A stretch of DNA of 64,000 nucleotides from Nitrospiraceae bacterium (lineage in GTDB: Bacteria; Nitrospirota; Thermodesulfovibrionia; UBA6902), in assembly GCA_003599425.1 (NCBI GenBank), contig QZKC01000068.1:11667-75666 (forward strand), written 5' to 3'. The first letter of the stretch is position 1. Every line of letters begins with the position of its first letter. The notes under the pieces were generated by a model that saw nothing but the letters and a program-made list of their open reading frames with translations, searched no databases and was not told the origin of the DNA. Shown one piece after another: positions 39,223-48,945 of this stretch. The translations under genes and the position numbers were made by a program.

Positions 39223-40433
39223 ATAAAAATGAATATATGATCCCAATATTAAAGGTGCGGGAGATCATCACCATGCCGTCAATTACAGTTTTACCGCATC
39301 TGCCTTCATATATAAGAGGAATAACGAACCTCAGGGGAACCGTTATCCCGATTGTAAATCTTAAATGCCTGCTCAGTTCAGAAAGCAATAAAGAAACAGG
39401 AAAAACAGTAATAGTAATTTCCGCTGGAAAGTTAACCTACGGGATAATAATAGACGGAATAACCGGTGTTGTGAAGGTAGATGAATCAAATATCGAGCTT
39501 CCAGAGAAGATCATCAGCAGTACCATGGACATTCTTGAAGGAGTGGCAAAGCTCGATAACAGGCTTATAGTTCTGCTGAATACACAAAAAATTCTTCCTA
39601 TAGACGACATGAGTTTACTTGAAGAAACCATCGTCAATGTAAACAGTCTCGGTGACGGAAATGACATCGAGGTGATCAAAGAGATTGACACAATTGGAGG
39701 TAAAGTCACGATAAAAGAAATGCGCCATGCTCAGGATTTCTTCAGCAGCAAGTTTGAAAAAGGCGACCCCAAGCACGTAATATTTGAGCTTATGCTGAAA
39801 TTTATGGACGCCGTAGCGTCAAATGACTATCAAAAAATAGATGTCATTGTCGAACAATTGATAAGGGCAACAGACAGTGATATCTTCAAGGAAATAGGGA
39901 AAATAACCAGGAAACTGCACGATTCCCTCGAAGAATTCAAGGGCGCCATCAACAACGGCCTGCAAAGGATCACTGAAAACGACGTCCCAAATGCAGTTGA
40001 TAATCTCCAGTTCGTAATAAGAAAAACCGAAGATGCGGCAAATAAAACAATGGGTATTGTTGAGAGATACTTTGAAGAATCTAATGATTTCGCAAAACAT
40101 CTGGGATCAATAAAGGGATATGAGGAATCAGTCGGTTATATGAGAACGTTTAAAGATTCACTGGATAATGACATGACCATGATCCTTACCGCCCAGCAGT
40201 TTCAGGACATCACAGGGCAAACCATTAAAAAAGTCATTGATCTTGTAAACAATGTGGAAGTTGAGCTTTTAAGATTAATAACAAAATTCGGCATGTTGAT
40301 AAAAACCGATTCCGAAAAGGTTGCAGTTGGGGTCGGCACAAGGCACAATACAGAAGGCACAACAGCAGATAAATCTGCGGAAAAGATTTCACAGTCTGAT
40401 GTCGAGTCGCTGCTGAATGAGTTTGGCTTTTAA
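39195..40433 (+). CDS. CheW-domain / CheZ-like phosphatase fusion protein
   Basis: GTG start after AGGAGG. Residues 1-140 are a CheW-like domain ([18 protein letters not shown]...[15 protein letters not shown]). The C-terminal 250 aa is helical with [20 protein letters not shown] (compare the CheZ catalytic motif DFQDLTGQ) and ends in ESLLNEFGF (compare the CheZ CheY-binding tail DDLLDSLGF). Confidence 0.7.
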   Translation: MQQYIGFNLNKNEYMIPILKVREIITMPSITVLPHLPSYIRGITNLRGTVIPIVNLKCLLSSESNKETGKTVIVISAGKLTYGIIIDGITGVVKVDESNIELPEKIISSTMDILEGVAKLDNRLIVLLNTQKILPIDDMSLLEETIVNVNSLGDGNDIEVIKEIDTIGGKVTIKEMRHAQDFFSSKFEKGDPKHVIFELMLKFMDAVASNDYQKIDVIVEQLIRATDSDIFKEIGKITRKLHDSLEEFKGAINNGLQRITENDVPNAVDNLQFVIRKTEDAANKTMGIVERYFEESNDFAKHLGSIKGYEESVGYMRTFKDSLDNDMTMILTAQQFQDITGQTIKKVIDLVNNVEVELLRLITKFGMLIKTDSEKVAVGVGTRHNTEGTTADKSAEKISQSDVESLLNEFGF

Positions 40434-40513
40434 TTTATTTATTAAACTCGTCTTTCTATAAGCTGCTTCAATAAGAGAAGCTTTAGAAGAGACATATATA
40501 AGGAGAAAACAAT

Positions 40514-40963
40514 ATGGAACATACCATGGTAAATGATCAGGTCCTTCAACTTGTCACATTCACACTTGAAAAAGAAGAATACGCTGTCAATATCCTGAAT
40601 GTCCAGGAGATAAACAGGATAAACGAGATCACACGGGTACCCAATGCCCCCGACTATGTGGAAGGGGTTATCAATCTGAGGGGTAAAGTAATCCCGGTAA
40701 TCAATCTCAGAAAGAAATTTGGCCTCTACAACAAAGAAACCGACGAATCTTCCAGGGTTATCATAATGGATATAATGGGAGTGACCTACGGCCTCATAGT
40801 GGATTCAGTTTCTGAGGTACTGAGGATTCCCTCAGATATTGTTGAACCCCCTCCTCCTATGGCATCAAGCATGACGAGCATGTACATAAAAGGTATAGCA
40901 AAACTTGAGAACAGACTCATTATATTTGTCGATATCGACAAGCTGCTGGGACAATTAGAATAA
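40514..40963 (+). CDS. cheW: Chemotaxis coupling protein CheW
   Basis: LVTFTLEKEEYAVNILNVQEI...INLRGKVIPVINLRKKFG. 149 aa. Confidence 0.85.
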   Translation: MEHTMVNDQVLQLVTFTLEKEEYAVNILNVQEINRINEITRVPNAPDYVEGVINLRGKVIPVINLRKKFGLYNKETDESSRVIIMDIMGVTYGLIVDSVSEVLRIPSDIVEPPPPMASSMTSMYIKGIAKLENRLIIFVDIDKLLGQLE

Positions 40964-40997
40964 GCATGATGCTTTATCTGAGAATAAGGACCAGAAT

Positions 40998-42038
40998 ATG
41001 GTAAAGGTTTTGATTGTCGACGATTCTGCATTTATGCGTAATGCCCTCACCAGCATGATATCTGCTGACCCTGAAATTCAGGTCATCGGTGTTGCCCGTG
41101 ACGGTATAGAAGCTGTTGAAAAAGTCTCTCAATTAAAACCCGATATCGTGACACTTGATGTGGAAATGCCGAGAATGAACGGGATCGAGGCCTTGAGGCA
41201 GATCATGCATAATAACCCTGTTCCTGTTCTCATGGTCAGTTCCCTCACTACAGAAGGAGCCAAGGTCACACTTGAGGCCCTTGATATCGGAGCTGTCGAT
41301 TTTATTCCAAAAAATCTTTCAGATCTTTCCATCAACATTGTAAAGATCAAAGAAGACCTGATAGAGAAGATAAAGAAGATCGGCAGGAAGGGTCTTCCAG
41401 TATTCAGGAAAACACCATCTGCCAAAAGCCTTCAGATACCGAAAGCATCTATTGATGCTGCTCACAGAAGAGTTCATATTGTTGCAATAGGTTCATCCAC
41501 AGGAGGCCCCAAGGCGCTGCAGAATATTATTACCAAATTGCCTAAAGATTTCCCGGTTCCCATTCTTATTGCCCAGCATATGCCGCCGAATTTCACCGGC
41601 CCTTTTGCTGAAAGGCTGAACCAGCTAAGCTCCATAACAGTTAAAGAAGCTGAAAACGGTGAGACCGTCAAGAAGGGAGTTGTCTATATAGCTCCGGGTA
41701 AAGGACATATGCGGATTGTCCGGAAAAAAATCACGGAAACGACAATATCAATATCAGAAAGCAGGGAAAATTATATTTACAGGCCTTCCGTTGATGCACT
41801 TATTCTCTCAATTGTAGAAAACTTTTCCGGTCATGTTCTTGGCGTAATCCTGACCGGGCTCGGTAATGATGGCCTGACTGGGATGAAAGAAATCAAAAAT
41901 AATGGCGGCAGAACCATAGCCGAAAGCGAAAATTCATGTGTTGTATACGGAATGCCCAAGGCAGTAGTGGATGCAGGTCTCGCCGATAAAATCGTGTCTG
42001 TCGAAGAAGTGGCGGGTGAGATAATTAACTCGGTATAG
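40998..42038 (+). CDS. cheB: Chemotaxis methylesterase CheB
   Basis: Receiver domain (KVLIVDDSAFMR) plus methylesterase domain with GSSTGGPKAL. Confidence 0.9.
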   Translation: MVKVLIVDDSAFMRNALTSMISADPEIQVIGVARDGIEAVEKVSQLKPDIVTLDVEMPRMNGIEALRQIMHNNPVPVLMVSSLTTEGAKVTLEALDIGAVDFIPKNLSDLSINIVKIKEDLIEKIKKIGRKGLPVFRKTPSAKSLQIPKASIDAAHRRVHIVAIGSSTGGPKALQNIITKLPKDFPVPILIAQHMPPNFTGPFAERLNQLSSITVKEAENGETVKKGVVYIAPGKGHMRIVRKKITETTISISESRENYIYRPSVDALILSIVENFSGHVLGVILTGLGNDGLTGMKEIKNNGGRTIAESENSCVVYGMPKAVVDAGLADKIVSVEEVAGEIINSV

Positions 42039-42067
42039 TCTCTTTATTTTGTAACACTTTGTTTCAA

Positions 42068-42099
42068 AAGGGCGAGGTTACACCTCGCCCTTTTTGTTA
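42068..42099. terminator. Bidirectional rho-independent terminator between convergent cheB and flgE
   Basis: AAAGGGCGAGG-TTACA-CCTCGCCCTTT followed by TTTGTT. A-rich on the opposite side. Confidence 0.8.
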
Positions 42100-42124
42100 C
42101 AATGTCATTCATTCACTTCTTCAC

Positions 42125-43405
42125 TTATCTCTTCAGATTGACCAGTTCCGCCATGAGCTCATCTGACGTCGAGACAATTCGCGAATTCGCCTGAAAGCCT
42201 CTCTGGGAGATAATCATTTTTACAAATTCCTCTGCAAGGTCGACGTTGCTCAGCTCAAGGGTGTTTGAGAGTATCTGTCCGGTGCCAGATGTGCCTGGAA
42301 CACTGATGACCGGCTGTCCTGAATTAGTAGACTCAGCAAAGAGATTCCTTCCCATCTTTGTAAGCTCTGTCGGTGCAATAAACTTTGCAAGCGCAACCTG
42401 CCCTACAGCTCTCGTTTGCCCGTTTGTAAAGATACCGGTCATTGTGCCGTCCTGATCAATTGTTATACTTCTTAAAGACCCTGATGAGTAACCATCCTGG
42501 CTCTGGAATATGGTCGCAGAAGCAGAACCGAACTGAGTGGCGCCATCCAATCCTGTTCCTCCTTCTGTGATCGATGTTCCAAATTCAAAATTTATAGCCT
42601 GACCGGCTGCAGCGCCCCCGGTAAAATCAAACCCTCCAGAGGCAAGCGGATAAGTGATCGCACTTTCTGTATCCAAAGCCCCGTTATTGTCGAAATCAAG
42701 TGTACCCTGCGCCTGCACTTCAGTAGATCCACTTAAAGAATCTGATGCGTTCACGGCTGCAAACCACTCCCATGTATTTCCTGTTGCCGTCTCAGCATCT
42801 TTCCTGAAATATATATTCACTACATGTCCGTTCCCGAGTGAGTCATAAACAGTGATCGAGCTCGAGAAATTAGAGGTATTGTTTGGATCATTTATATCGA
42901 ATGCCCCGGGTATTGATGCCCGTGAATCAAGGTTAGCAGATATTGACACATCAGCGGTAGCATTCGGCGAACTGTTCAATGTTGAGAGATTGATATCACC
43001 AAGGCCGGCTGAGGTGCCCGATGCAGAGAAAAGGTACCCCTGCAGGCGCATAGCATTGGGATTTACAATGTATCCCTCCTTGTCAAGAGTGAACTGACCG
43101 GCCCTTGTGTAAAAGGTTCCGCTTGCATCACTGACGATAAATAAACCATCTCCGTCAACTGCCATATCGAGGACATTTGCCGTATTCTCAAATGATCCCT
43201 GAGTGAAGGTCGGTGTAACGGCGCTTACTGACACACCTCTTCCAACCTGCGACGTTCCCATCGACTGGCTCAGGATATCACCAAAAGATGCCCTGCTTGA
43301 TTTAAAGGCAGTCGTGTTCATATTTGCGACATTGTCACCGATGACCGAGAGCGCGGTTCCATTTGCATTCATTCCGCTTACCGCTGTAAATAATGAAGTT
43401 AACAT
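42125..43405 (-). CDS. flgE: Flagellar hook protein FlgE
   Basis: MLTSLFTAVSGMNANGTALSVIGDNVANMNTTAFK and C-terminal LSNVDLAEEFVKMIISQRGFQANSRIVSTSDEL. Confidence 0.9.
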   Translation of the reverse strand: MLTSLFTAVSGMNANGTALSVIGDNVANMNTTAFKSSRASFGDILSQSMGTSQVGRGVSVSAVTPTFTQGSFENTANVLDMAVDGDGLFIVSDASGTFYTRAGQFTLDKEGYIVNPNAMRLQGYLFSASGTSAGLGDINLSTLNSSPNATADVSISANLDSRASIPGAFDINDPNNTSNFSSSITVYDSLGNGHVVNIYFRKDAETATGNTWEWFAAVNASDSLSGSTEVQAQGTLDFDNNGALDTESAITYPLASGGFDFTGGAAAGQAINFEFGTSITEGGTGLDGATQFGSASATIFQSQDGYSSGSLRSITIDQDGTMTGIFTNGQTRAVGQVALAKFIAPTELTKMGRNLFAESTNSGQPVISVPGTSGTGQILSNTLELSNVDLAEEFVKMIISQRGFQANSRIVSTSDELMAELVNLKR

Positions 43406-43456
43406 ATTCTACCTCCTTTTCCAGCCAACGCCTCAAAGGCGCCGTCTATTTATTGT

Positions 43457-44098
43457 TTATTGTATTGACTGAATTTCACTTAAATGAATATTCCTGCCGT
43501 CATTTAAGACCAGGTACGTATTACCGTCCCTGAAAGTTACATTCGTAACGATCCCTGATGAACTGGTCAGTGCTGCAACAGCATTGCCTGATGCATCCTG
43601 CGCTTTAATTTCATACGTGTAAGTCCCTTCAGGCATCTGATTCCCGAGACTGTCCTTACCGTCCCACAGAAATGTGTTCTCTCCTCCAGCCTGACTCCCA
43701 GCTTCTTTTGAGGCTGCAAGTTTACCTGCTCCATCGTAAATCATTATCTTCACTGTAGAGGCATCTCTCGAAAGTATGTAATTGATGTCTGCCTTATCCT
43801 TGAGATAGGCGGTATCCCCAGTAGCTTTCACTGTCCTTCCGATCAGGTTTGACATCGATGCATTCTGCATGGAATGCTGAAATGCAAGAACATCGTCCAA
43901 TGTGCTTTTGATATTGCCGAGTTGTTCAAGAGAGCTGAACTCTGTAAGTTGTGATGTAAACTGCATGCTGTCCATAGGATTTAACGGGTCCTGATAACTT
44001 AACTGTTTGAGGAGGAGTCTCATGAAATCCTCTTTCCCGAGGGTCTTTCCTGCAATATTCTGAATTTGACTGCCATTAGTTACATTTGATACTTCCAT
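43457..44098 (-). CDS. flgD: Flagellar hook capping protein FlgD
   Basis: FMRLLLKQLSYQDPLNPMDSMQFTSQLTEFSSLEQL is the FlgD N-terminal signature. 213 aa. Confidence 0.85.
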   Translation of the reverse strand: MEVSNVTNGSQIQNIAGKTLGKEDFMRLLLKQLSYQDPLNPMDSMQFTSQLTEFSSLEQLGNIKSTLDDVLAFQHSMQNASMSNLIGRTVKATGDTAYLKDKADINYILSRDASTVKIMIYDGAGKLAASKEAGSQAGGENTFLWDGKDSLGNQMPEGTYTYEIKAQDASGNAVAALTSSSGIVTNVTFRDGNTYLVLNDGRNIHLSEIQSIQ

Positions 44099-44120
44099 GC
44101 CTGCTCCTTTCTTAATTAAA

Positions 44121-45758
44121 TTATGCGAATATATTTATAAGTCCAAGACCTTTTGGCGCCTGTTTCTTTTCCTCTGTCCTAAGAATTTCTTTTTCAAAAT
44201 CCTTATTATTTCCCTGGGCAACCCCATATCCATCATTGTTTTTCCTTTCCTTGAAGCCTACTGAGAATCCGGAGACATTCAGCCCTTCTTTCATTAAAGC
44301 ATCCATGATGTACTGAACATTATCCTGAATAAGTTCCCGTGCTCCCTTATCTGAAGCATTTATGTGCACATTGATCAACCCTTTTTCAATACTCAGATTG
44401 ATATCAAGCTTTCCCAATGCATCATGCTCAACTGATACGCCCAGCTTGCTGTTTCCTTTTATCACATACACGATACTATCCAGCACCTGTGTAAAACCGG
44501 CAGGTCTCTCTACATACCGCGATATTATTTCTCCCCCTGCTTTACTGTTTCCAAAAGCAATATGTGATTGATCCATTGAGCCTGTTTTATCAGATGTCAT
44601 GTCCAGGCTTGGCTCTTTGGCTAATTTGTCTTGCACATTAACGAATTCATTTGTATTATGCGGCTCTTTCAGTATCTCGGGCATCATATTATTTTGTGTT
44701 TCTTTTGATACATCATTGCACTTCGCAATATCTGAATGAACTGTGTTCTTTTGTGCATAGACTATTCTTGTTTGATGTTGACCTTTGTTATCAGCATATT
44801 CAGACGTTTCAGTTTCAATCATAGAACTTATGGGTTCAGCACTGCTCATTTCATTATGCTTTGCTGCAAGAGGAAGTTCCTCTGCCAATAATTTCTTTTG
44901 TGCTTCGTTCTGAAGATAAGGGATGGTGGCCTGGTTTGCATTAGTGCTCTCAGGGGCTTTTGACAGAATGCTGTTTTGCTGTGAACTTCCCGACGGCACA
45001 GCATCCTGAAATAAGCATGCGTTGACAGTTGGGTTTGCTGGATCAACGGGAACATCATCTCCCATATTTTCAGCAGCAATGTTCTGTAACGCATTCAACA
45101 ATACGTTAGACAACAGGGCCTCAACAGGTGTGTGTGAATCAGCAGCATTTTCCGTCTGCACAGGCGATTCATCAGCAGTTTCGTTATTAATATCCTCACT
45201 TTTAATATTTACAATTTTCCCCAGATGACTTTCTGATTCATTAGATATTTTCTCTGTCTCTTTAAGGTCCTTGCTGCCACTTGCTAAATGCATCTCTGTC
45301 AACAAATAATTGTCGGTGCCACTTGATATCAGTTCATAGTCCTCATTGCTGCTGACTAAATGCTGCTTTATGGCTAATGTGCCTTCTTCCACTTGTTTAT
45401 GTTCAAGTGCACTGATTATATTGTTCTGTAAGTCATCCATATTTGCTGCCGGTTTGCTGCTTAAAAGCTTTGTCAATATGTCTCTTGTTACTGATCCGTT
45501 TTCTTCCTGAACGTTTTGGCCTGTATTTTGACCCTGCTCTTGATTTGCCCTGTTCATTGAGTAATTGTATATTTGCTGATTCATGAGGACACTGAATTGA
45601 GAATTATCAGTTTGTGAAATGCTTGCAGACAGGTTCGTATTGACAGGTGTTGTATCAATGCCTTGAACCATGTTTATATCAGGCATATTAACCACTGGCA
45701 TTTCCATGCCGGGACAGAAAGCAATAGCTATGCCAATCAGGTGAAGTGTAACAACCAC
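44121..45758 (-). CDS. fliK: Flagellar hook-length control protein FliK
   Basis: Long Q/N/S/E-rich disordered central region and the C-terminal Flg_hook domain (GKLDINLSIEKGLINVHINASDKGARELIQDNVQYIMDALMKEGLNVSGFSV). The true start is probably an internal Met. Confidence 0.7.
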   Translation of the reverse strand: MVVTLHLIGIAIAFCPGMEMPVVNMPDINMVQGIDTTPVNTNLSASISQTDNSQFSVLMNQQIYNYSMNRANQEQGQNTGQNVQEENGSVTRDILTKLLSSKPAANMDDLQNNIISALEHKQVEEGTLAIKQHLVSSNEDYELISSGTDNYLLTEMHLASGSKDLKETEKISNESESHLGKIVNIKSEDINNETADESPVQTENAADSHTPVEALLSNVLLNALQNIAAENMGDDVPVDPANPTVNACLFQDAVPSGSSQQNSILSKAPESTNANQATIPYLQNEAQKKLLAEELPLAAKHNEMSSAEPISSMIETETSEYADNKGQHQTRIVYAQKNTVHSDIAKCNDVSKETQNNMMPEILKEPHNTNEFVNVQDKLAKEPSLDMTSDKTGSMDQSHIAFGNSKAGGEIISRYVERPAGFTQVLDSIVYVIKGNSKLGVSVEHDALGKLDINLSIEKGLINVHINASDKGARELIQDNVQYIMDALMKEGLNVSGFSVGFKERKNNDGYGVAQGNNKDFEKEILRTEEKKQAPKGLGLINIFA

Positions 45759-45863
45759 TTGATTTTATTTAATTGTTGAAGCGCTATTTATATGGAGGGG
45801 GAAAAATTACAGAAAATTTTTCAGGGAAAGGAAAGATTTGCCAGCTTGTAGGTTAGCAACAGT

Positions 45864-45908
45864 GCTAGTACAAAAGGCGAGAGTAAATCTCCTCGCCTTT
45901 TGTACTAG
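45864..45908. repeat. Perfect 17-bp inverted repeat (hairpin) between fliK and the upstream secreted-protein gene
   Basis: CTAGTACAAAAGGCGAG-N11-CTCGCCTTTTGTACTAG. There is no flanking T-run on either strand, so it is atypical for an intrinsic terminator. Confidence 0.5.
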
Positions 45909-45926
45909 ACAAAAAATTATATACTA

Positions 45927-46940
45927 CTATTGGTTCTTCTCATCCCTGTTGTTGATCTCGTCACCTAAGTCTTTCGCATTTTCCAGGTTGGCATTAGCCA
46001 GGATCGAATTTTTGATTTCGTTCAAGGCATTTCCTACGGTGGAACCTGTTCCGTAGCCCGGGTTGAGATACTGTAATATCTGTAGTTCGCCAGCAGTCAG
46101 TACTGTTGATTCCGGAAGGCTTGAAGCCACATTAAGACATAATGCAGCATATTGCTGTTTAGCCTTTTGAAGCATGGTCTTTTTACCTTGCATGGATAAG
46201 TAATAGTTCAGGTCATTGGTTGAAGTAAATACCCCACCACATTTTATGACAGCAGCATCAATAAATGAATTCCTTTCTTCATCATGTGTCTTCCAAAAAC
46301 CCATACTCCGCGCACCGCTTGGAGCGTTGACAGTAGGAGGCGTGCCGTCAATCAGTCCTGTAAATATGTTTGATGTGCTGTCATTTTTGAAGTCTCCGCT
46401 GACCATTTGAAGTATCATCTTCATGCCAAGTGTTGCATTTGTTCCTATGACACTTCTCAGTTCATCTATATATTGTGAAGGATGACCAGTATCTGTGTTT
46501 AAAACGACATTAGTTAGATTCAAGGTCCCAGAATTATTAATATCAAGGGCAGGGTTCAAATACCACTTTAATCCATCGGTTACAAACACTATGTTTGATA
46601 AAGTAGCAGAGAAATAGTTGAATGACCCGTCACTTATCGTAATGACTGCATCAGAGAAAGTAGAGTCTCCTGTCCTTGTAGCGCCACTGATAATTACGGA
46701 TTTACCGATTGCAGTTTCGGTAGCACCGTTATCAGTAGTTGATGTTCCATTAATATAGTTGATATTGGATATTACAGCGCTTACAAGGATCAAAGAGCCG
46801 GTACTCGTTTCTGTAGTCGCTGTTGTCTGCGCATTCCCAGAAAAATTTGCTGTGGGCAAGCCGATTACTGCAAAGGCACTTCCAAAGCTTAACAAAAGCA
46901 AGAATAGAACTGCCACCTGAACATAAAAATATTTTTTCAT
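45927..46940 (-). CDS. Secreted hypothetical protein, paralog of the adjacent PEP-CTERM protein (lacks the sorting tag)
   Basis: Signal peptide (LLLLSFGSAFA). Central region shares homology with the 47018..47740 protein (SGTLNLTNVVLNTDTGHPSQYIDELRSVIGTNATLGMKM versus HTISNLTNVSFNANGSRYIQELQTMYNSGSKINLGMDF). 337 aa. Confidence 0.6.
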   Translation of the reverse strand: MKKYFYVQVAVLFLLLLSFGSAFAVIGLPTANFSGNAQTTATTETSTGSLILVSAVISNINYINGTSTTDNGATETAIGKSVIISGATRTGDSTFSDAVITISDGSFNYFSATLSNIVFVTDGLKWYLNPALDINNSGTLNLTNVVLNTDTGHPSQYIDELRSVIGTNATLGMKMILQMVSGDFKNDSTSNIFTGLIDGTPPTVNAPSGARSMGFWKTHDEERNSFIDAAVIKCGGVFTSTNDLNYYLSMQGKKTMLQKAKQQYAALCLNVASSLPESTVLTAGELQILQYLNPGYGTGSTVGNALNEIKNSILANANLENAKDLGDEINNRDEKNQ

Positions 46941-47017
46941 TTTTTTATCTCCCCTCTCCTGTAATATATCGTCGTATATACCTTGATGTCTTTCTTACTG
47001 AAACTGTTACAATTAAC

Positions 47018-47740
47018 TTATGACCTTTTCCTTTTCCTGAAACGATTTACGGCTAACATGGCACCGCCTGTAATGAAAAGAACTGTACTTACAGGTTCTG
47101 GAGTAACAGCGATTTTGCCCTGAATACTACCGGAAGCATCATTTGAGAACGCATAACCACCCCCATTGACCCCGGAATTAAAAGAAAAATCCATACCAAG
47201 ATTTATCTTGCTGCCTGAATTATACATCGTTTGTAACTCCTGAATATATCTTGATCCGTTTGCATTAAAAGAAACATTTGTAAGATTTGATATGGTGTGG
47301 TCCCATAAAGGATTTAATTGGGTTCCAAATAAATTATCAGTAATTATAAAATTATTGAGTTGTGCAGTAAGATAAGTTGTTCCACCATTTGCAATAGTAA
47401 AAAGAACAGAACCAGTTCCTCCGGAAGTACTTCCGAATTGCAAATTATTTGAATAGGCGCTGTTATAGAGATTGGCGATTGAAATTACTGCACCTGTAAC
47501 TGGATCAATCCCTTCCCCAACGTAGCTTCCATCCATATAATTAACGCCTGTTATATTCCAACCACTAAATGTAAGCTTATATTTATTCGCAGTCGATCCC
47601 CCAACGCCATCATTATAAGAAAAACTTGCAGCATAATCCAGATATGGCAGATATGGGTACTCAGCTATTGCGTTTTTTGAAAAAAAGAAGGCGATAAAAA
47701 ACAGGATAAAAAACAATAATTTTTTTGGGCCCACCTTCAT
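47018..47740 (-). CDS. PEP-CTERM sorting-domain secreted protein
   Basis: Signal peptide. C-terminus VTPEPVSTVLFITGGAMLAVNRFRKRKRS is the PEP motif, a TM helix and a basic cluster. Confidence 0.7.
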   Translation of the reverse strand: MKVGPKKLLFFILFFIAFFFSKNAIAEYPYLPYLDYAASFSYNDGVGGSTANKYKLTFSGWNITGVNYMDGSYVGEGIDPVTGAVISIANLYNSAYSNNLQFGSTSGGTGSVLFTIANGGTTYLTAQLNNFIITDNLFGTQLNPLWDHTISNLTNVSFNANGSRYIQELQTMYNSGSKINLGMDFSFNSGVNGGGYAFSNDASGSIQGKIAVTPEPVSTVLFITGGAMLAVNRFRKRKRS

Positions 47741-47887
47741 AGATGCCTCCCGTAATTTAATTGAATATTTTTATTACTGTTAAAATTTAAATTAATATTT
47801 ATTTAATGATAGTAAAATCTTATTACTTTCAATAACAATCTGTCAATAAATTTTTCGATCCCTTATAGGGGATATAAATATTTTAAA

Positions 47888-47905
47888 TTTGCGCACTTGC
47901 GCAAA
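47888..47905. promoter_or_regulatory. Palindromic operator-like site TTTGCGCA-CT-TGCGCAAA upstream of the PEP-CTERM gene
   Basis: Perfect 8-bp inverted repeat with a 2-nt spacer, embedded in an AT-rich region about 150 nt upstream of the 47740 start. Confidence 0.35.
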
Positions 47906-47946
47906 TAATGCGTGGCTCCTCATCGCTGAATCAATGGACCCAAGGG

Positions 47947-48945
47947 TCATCGCATCATATATAACAGCATAAGGTTACTGACATAAACCAGTAATATCCC
48001 TATGGAATCCCATGCCAGGAACAATTTCTTTTTCTCGACACGGTATGTGAGGCCGATAATAGCGATCGCTGTCATGGCAATTGCGGACAGCGCTGAAATA
48101 GCATGATGCGGATTTACATGAGAGAGAATAGGCCCTTTCAAAAAGAAGAAATCATCAATGGCAAGGATGAAGATGTTAAAGATGTTGCTGCCGAACAGGT
48201 TGCCGATAGCCATATCTATAGCATCCATTCTGACAGCAGAGATGGAAACGACCACTTCCGGGAGCGATGTGGACAATGCAATGAAGATATTGCCAACAAA
48301 AGTCTGCCCGAGCCCGGTGCTCTCTGCGATTCCCTCACCTATCTTCGGAAGAAAAACCGCGGCGATGATAACTATGAAAGCGTTAATTCCATAATTCACG
48401 AAAGCAGTCTTTTTAGAGATATCTTTATATCTCAATTCTTCGGCAACCTCTTTGATATAAGCAGTAATCCTGCGCTTCTCATAATAAAAAATCAGTCTCA
48501 TTGCTGCAAAATAAATTACACAGTTCAACAGACTGTAAGCTCCTATCCAGCCGAAAGGTGTGATCTTTTCTCCCGCCAACAGACTCAAAGATACAATACT
48601 GATCAGGAGTATGCCTAACCCTCCTGATAGAATATTCCCGTAATGAGCTTTTGTGGATATGGGCACCTGACGGTACAACCCGTCAAGGATAGTAAGTATA
48701 AGCATATTGAAAACACAGCTTCCAAACACATCACCTGCAGCAATGTCGGGAACTCCTGCAAACGTAACGGAGCTTATTCCTGTTACAAGCTCTGGAAGCG
48801 ACGTGACCGACGCCATAAGGACTACCCCTATCCAGGTCCTTCCGAGCCCTGTTTTCTCAGCTATGATATCGCCGTATCTTGAAAGCTTTATCCCGGCATA
48901 GACTATGGCGGATGTACAGATGATAAACGCAGCCCATAAAAGCAT
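47947..48945 (-). CDS. Na+/Ca2+ exchanger family (CaCA, YrbG-like) antiporter
   Basis: Two internal alpha-repeat motifs (GVVLMASVTSLPELVTGISSV and GNIFIALSTSLPEVVVSISAV). 332 aa, polytopic. Confidence 0.8.
   Translation of the reverse strand: MLLWAAFIICTSAIVYAGIKLSRYGDIIAEKTGLGRTWIGVVLMASVTSLPELVTGISSVTFAGVPDIAAGDVFGSCVFNMLILTILDGLYRQVPISTKAHYGNILSGGLGILLISIVSLSLLAGEKITPFGWIGAYSLLNCVIYFAAMRLIFYYEKRRITAYIKEVAEELRYKDISKKTAFVNYGINAFIVIIAAVFLPKIGEGIAESTGLGQTFVGNIFIALSTSLPEVVVSISAVRMDAIDMAIGNLFGSNIFNIFILAIDDFFFLKGPILSHVNPHHAISALSAIAMTAIAIIGLTYRVEKKKLFLAWDSIGILLVYVSNLMLLYMMR

Noticed and set aside
41965-41985. GCCGATAAAA string inside cheB
   Set aside because: It matches the sigma-28 -10 element, but it is intragenic on the coding strand with no TAAA -35 partner, so it is fortuitous.
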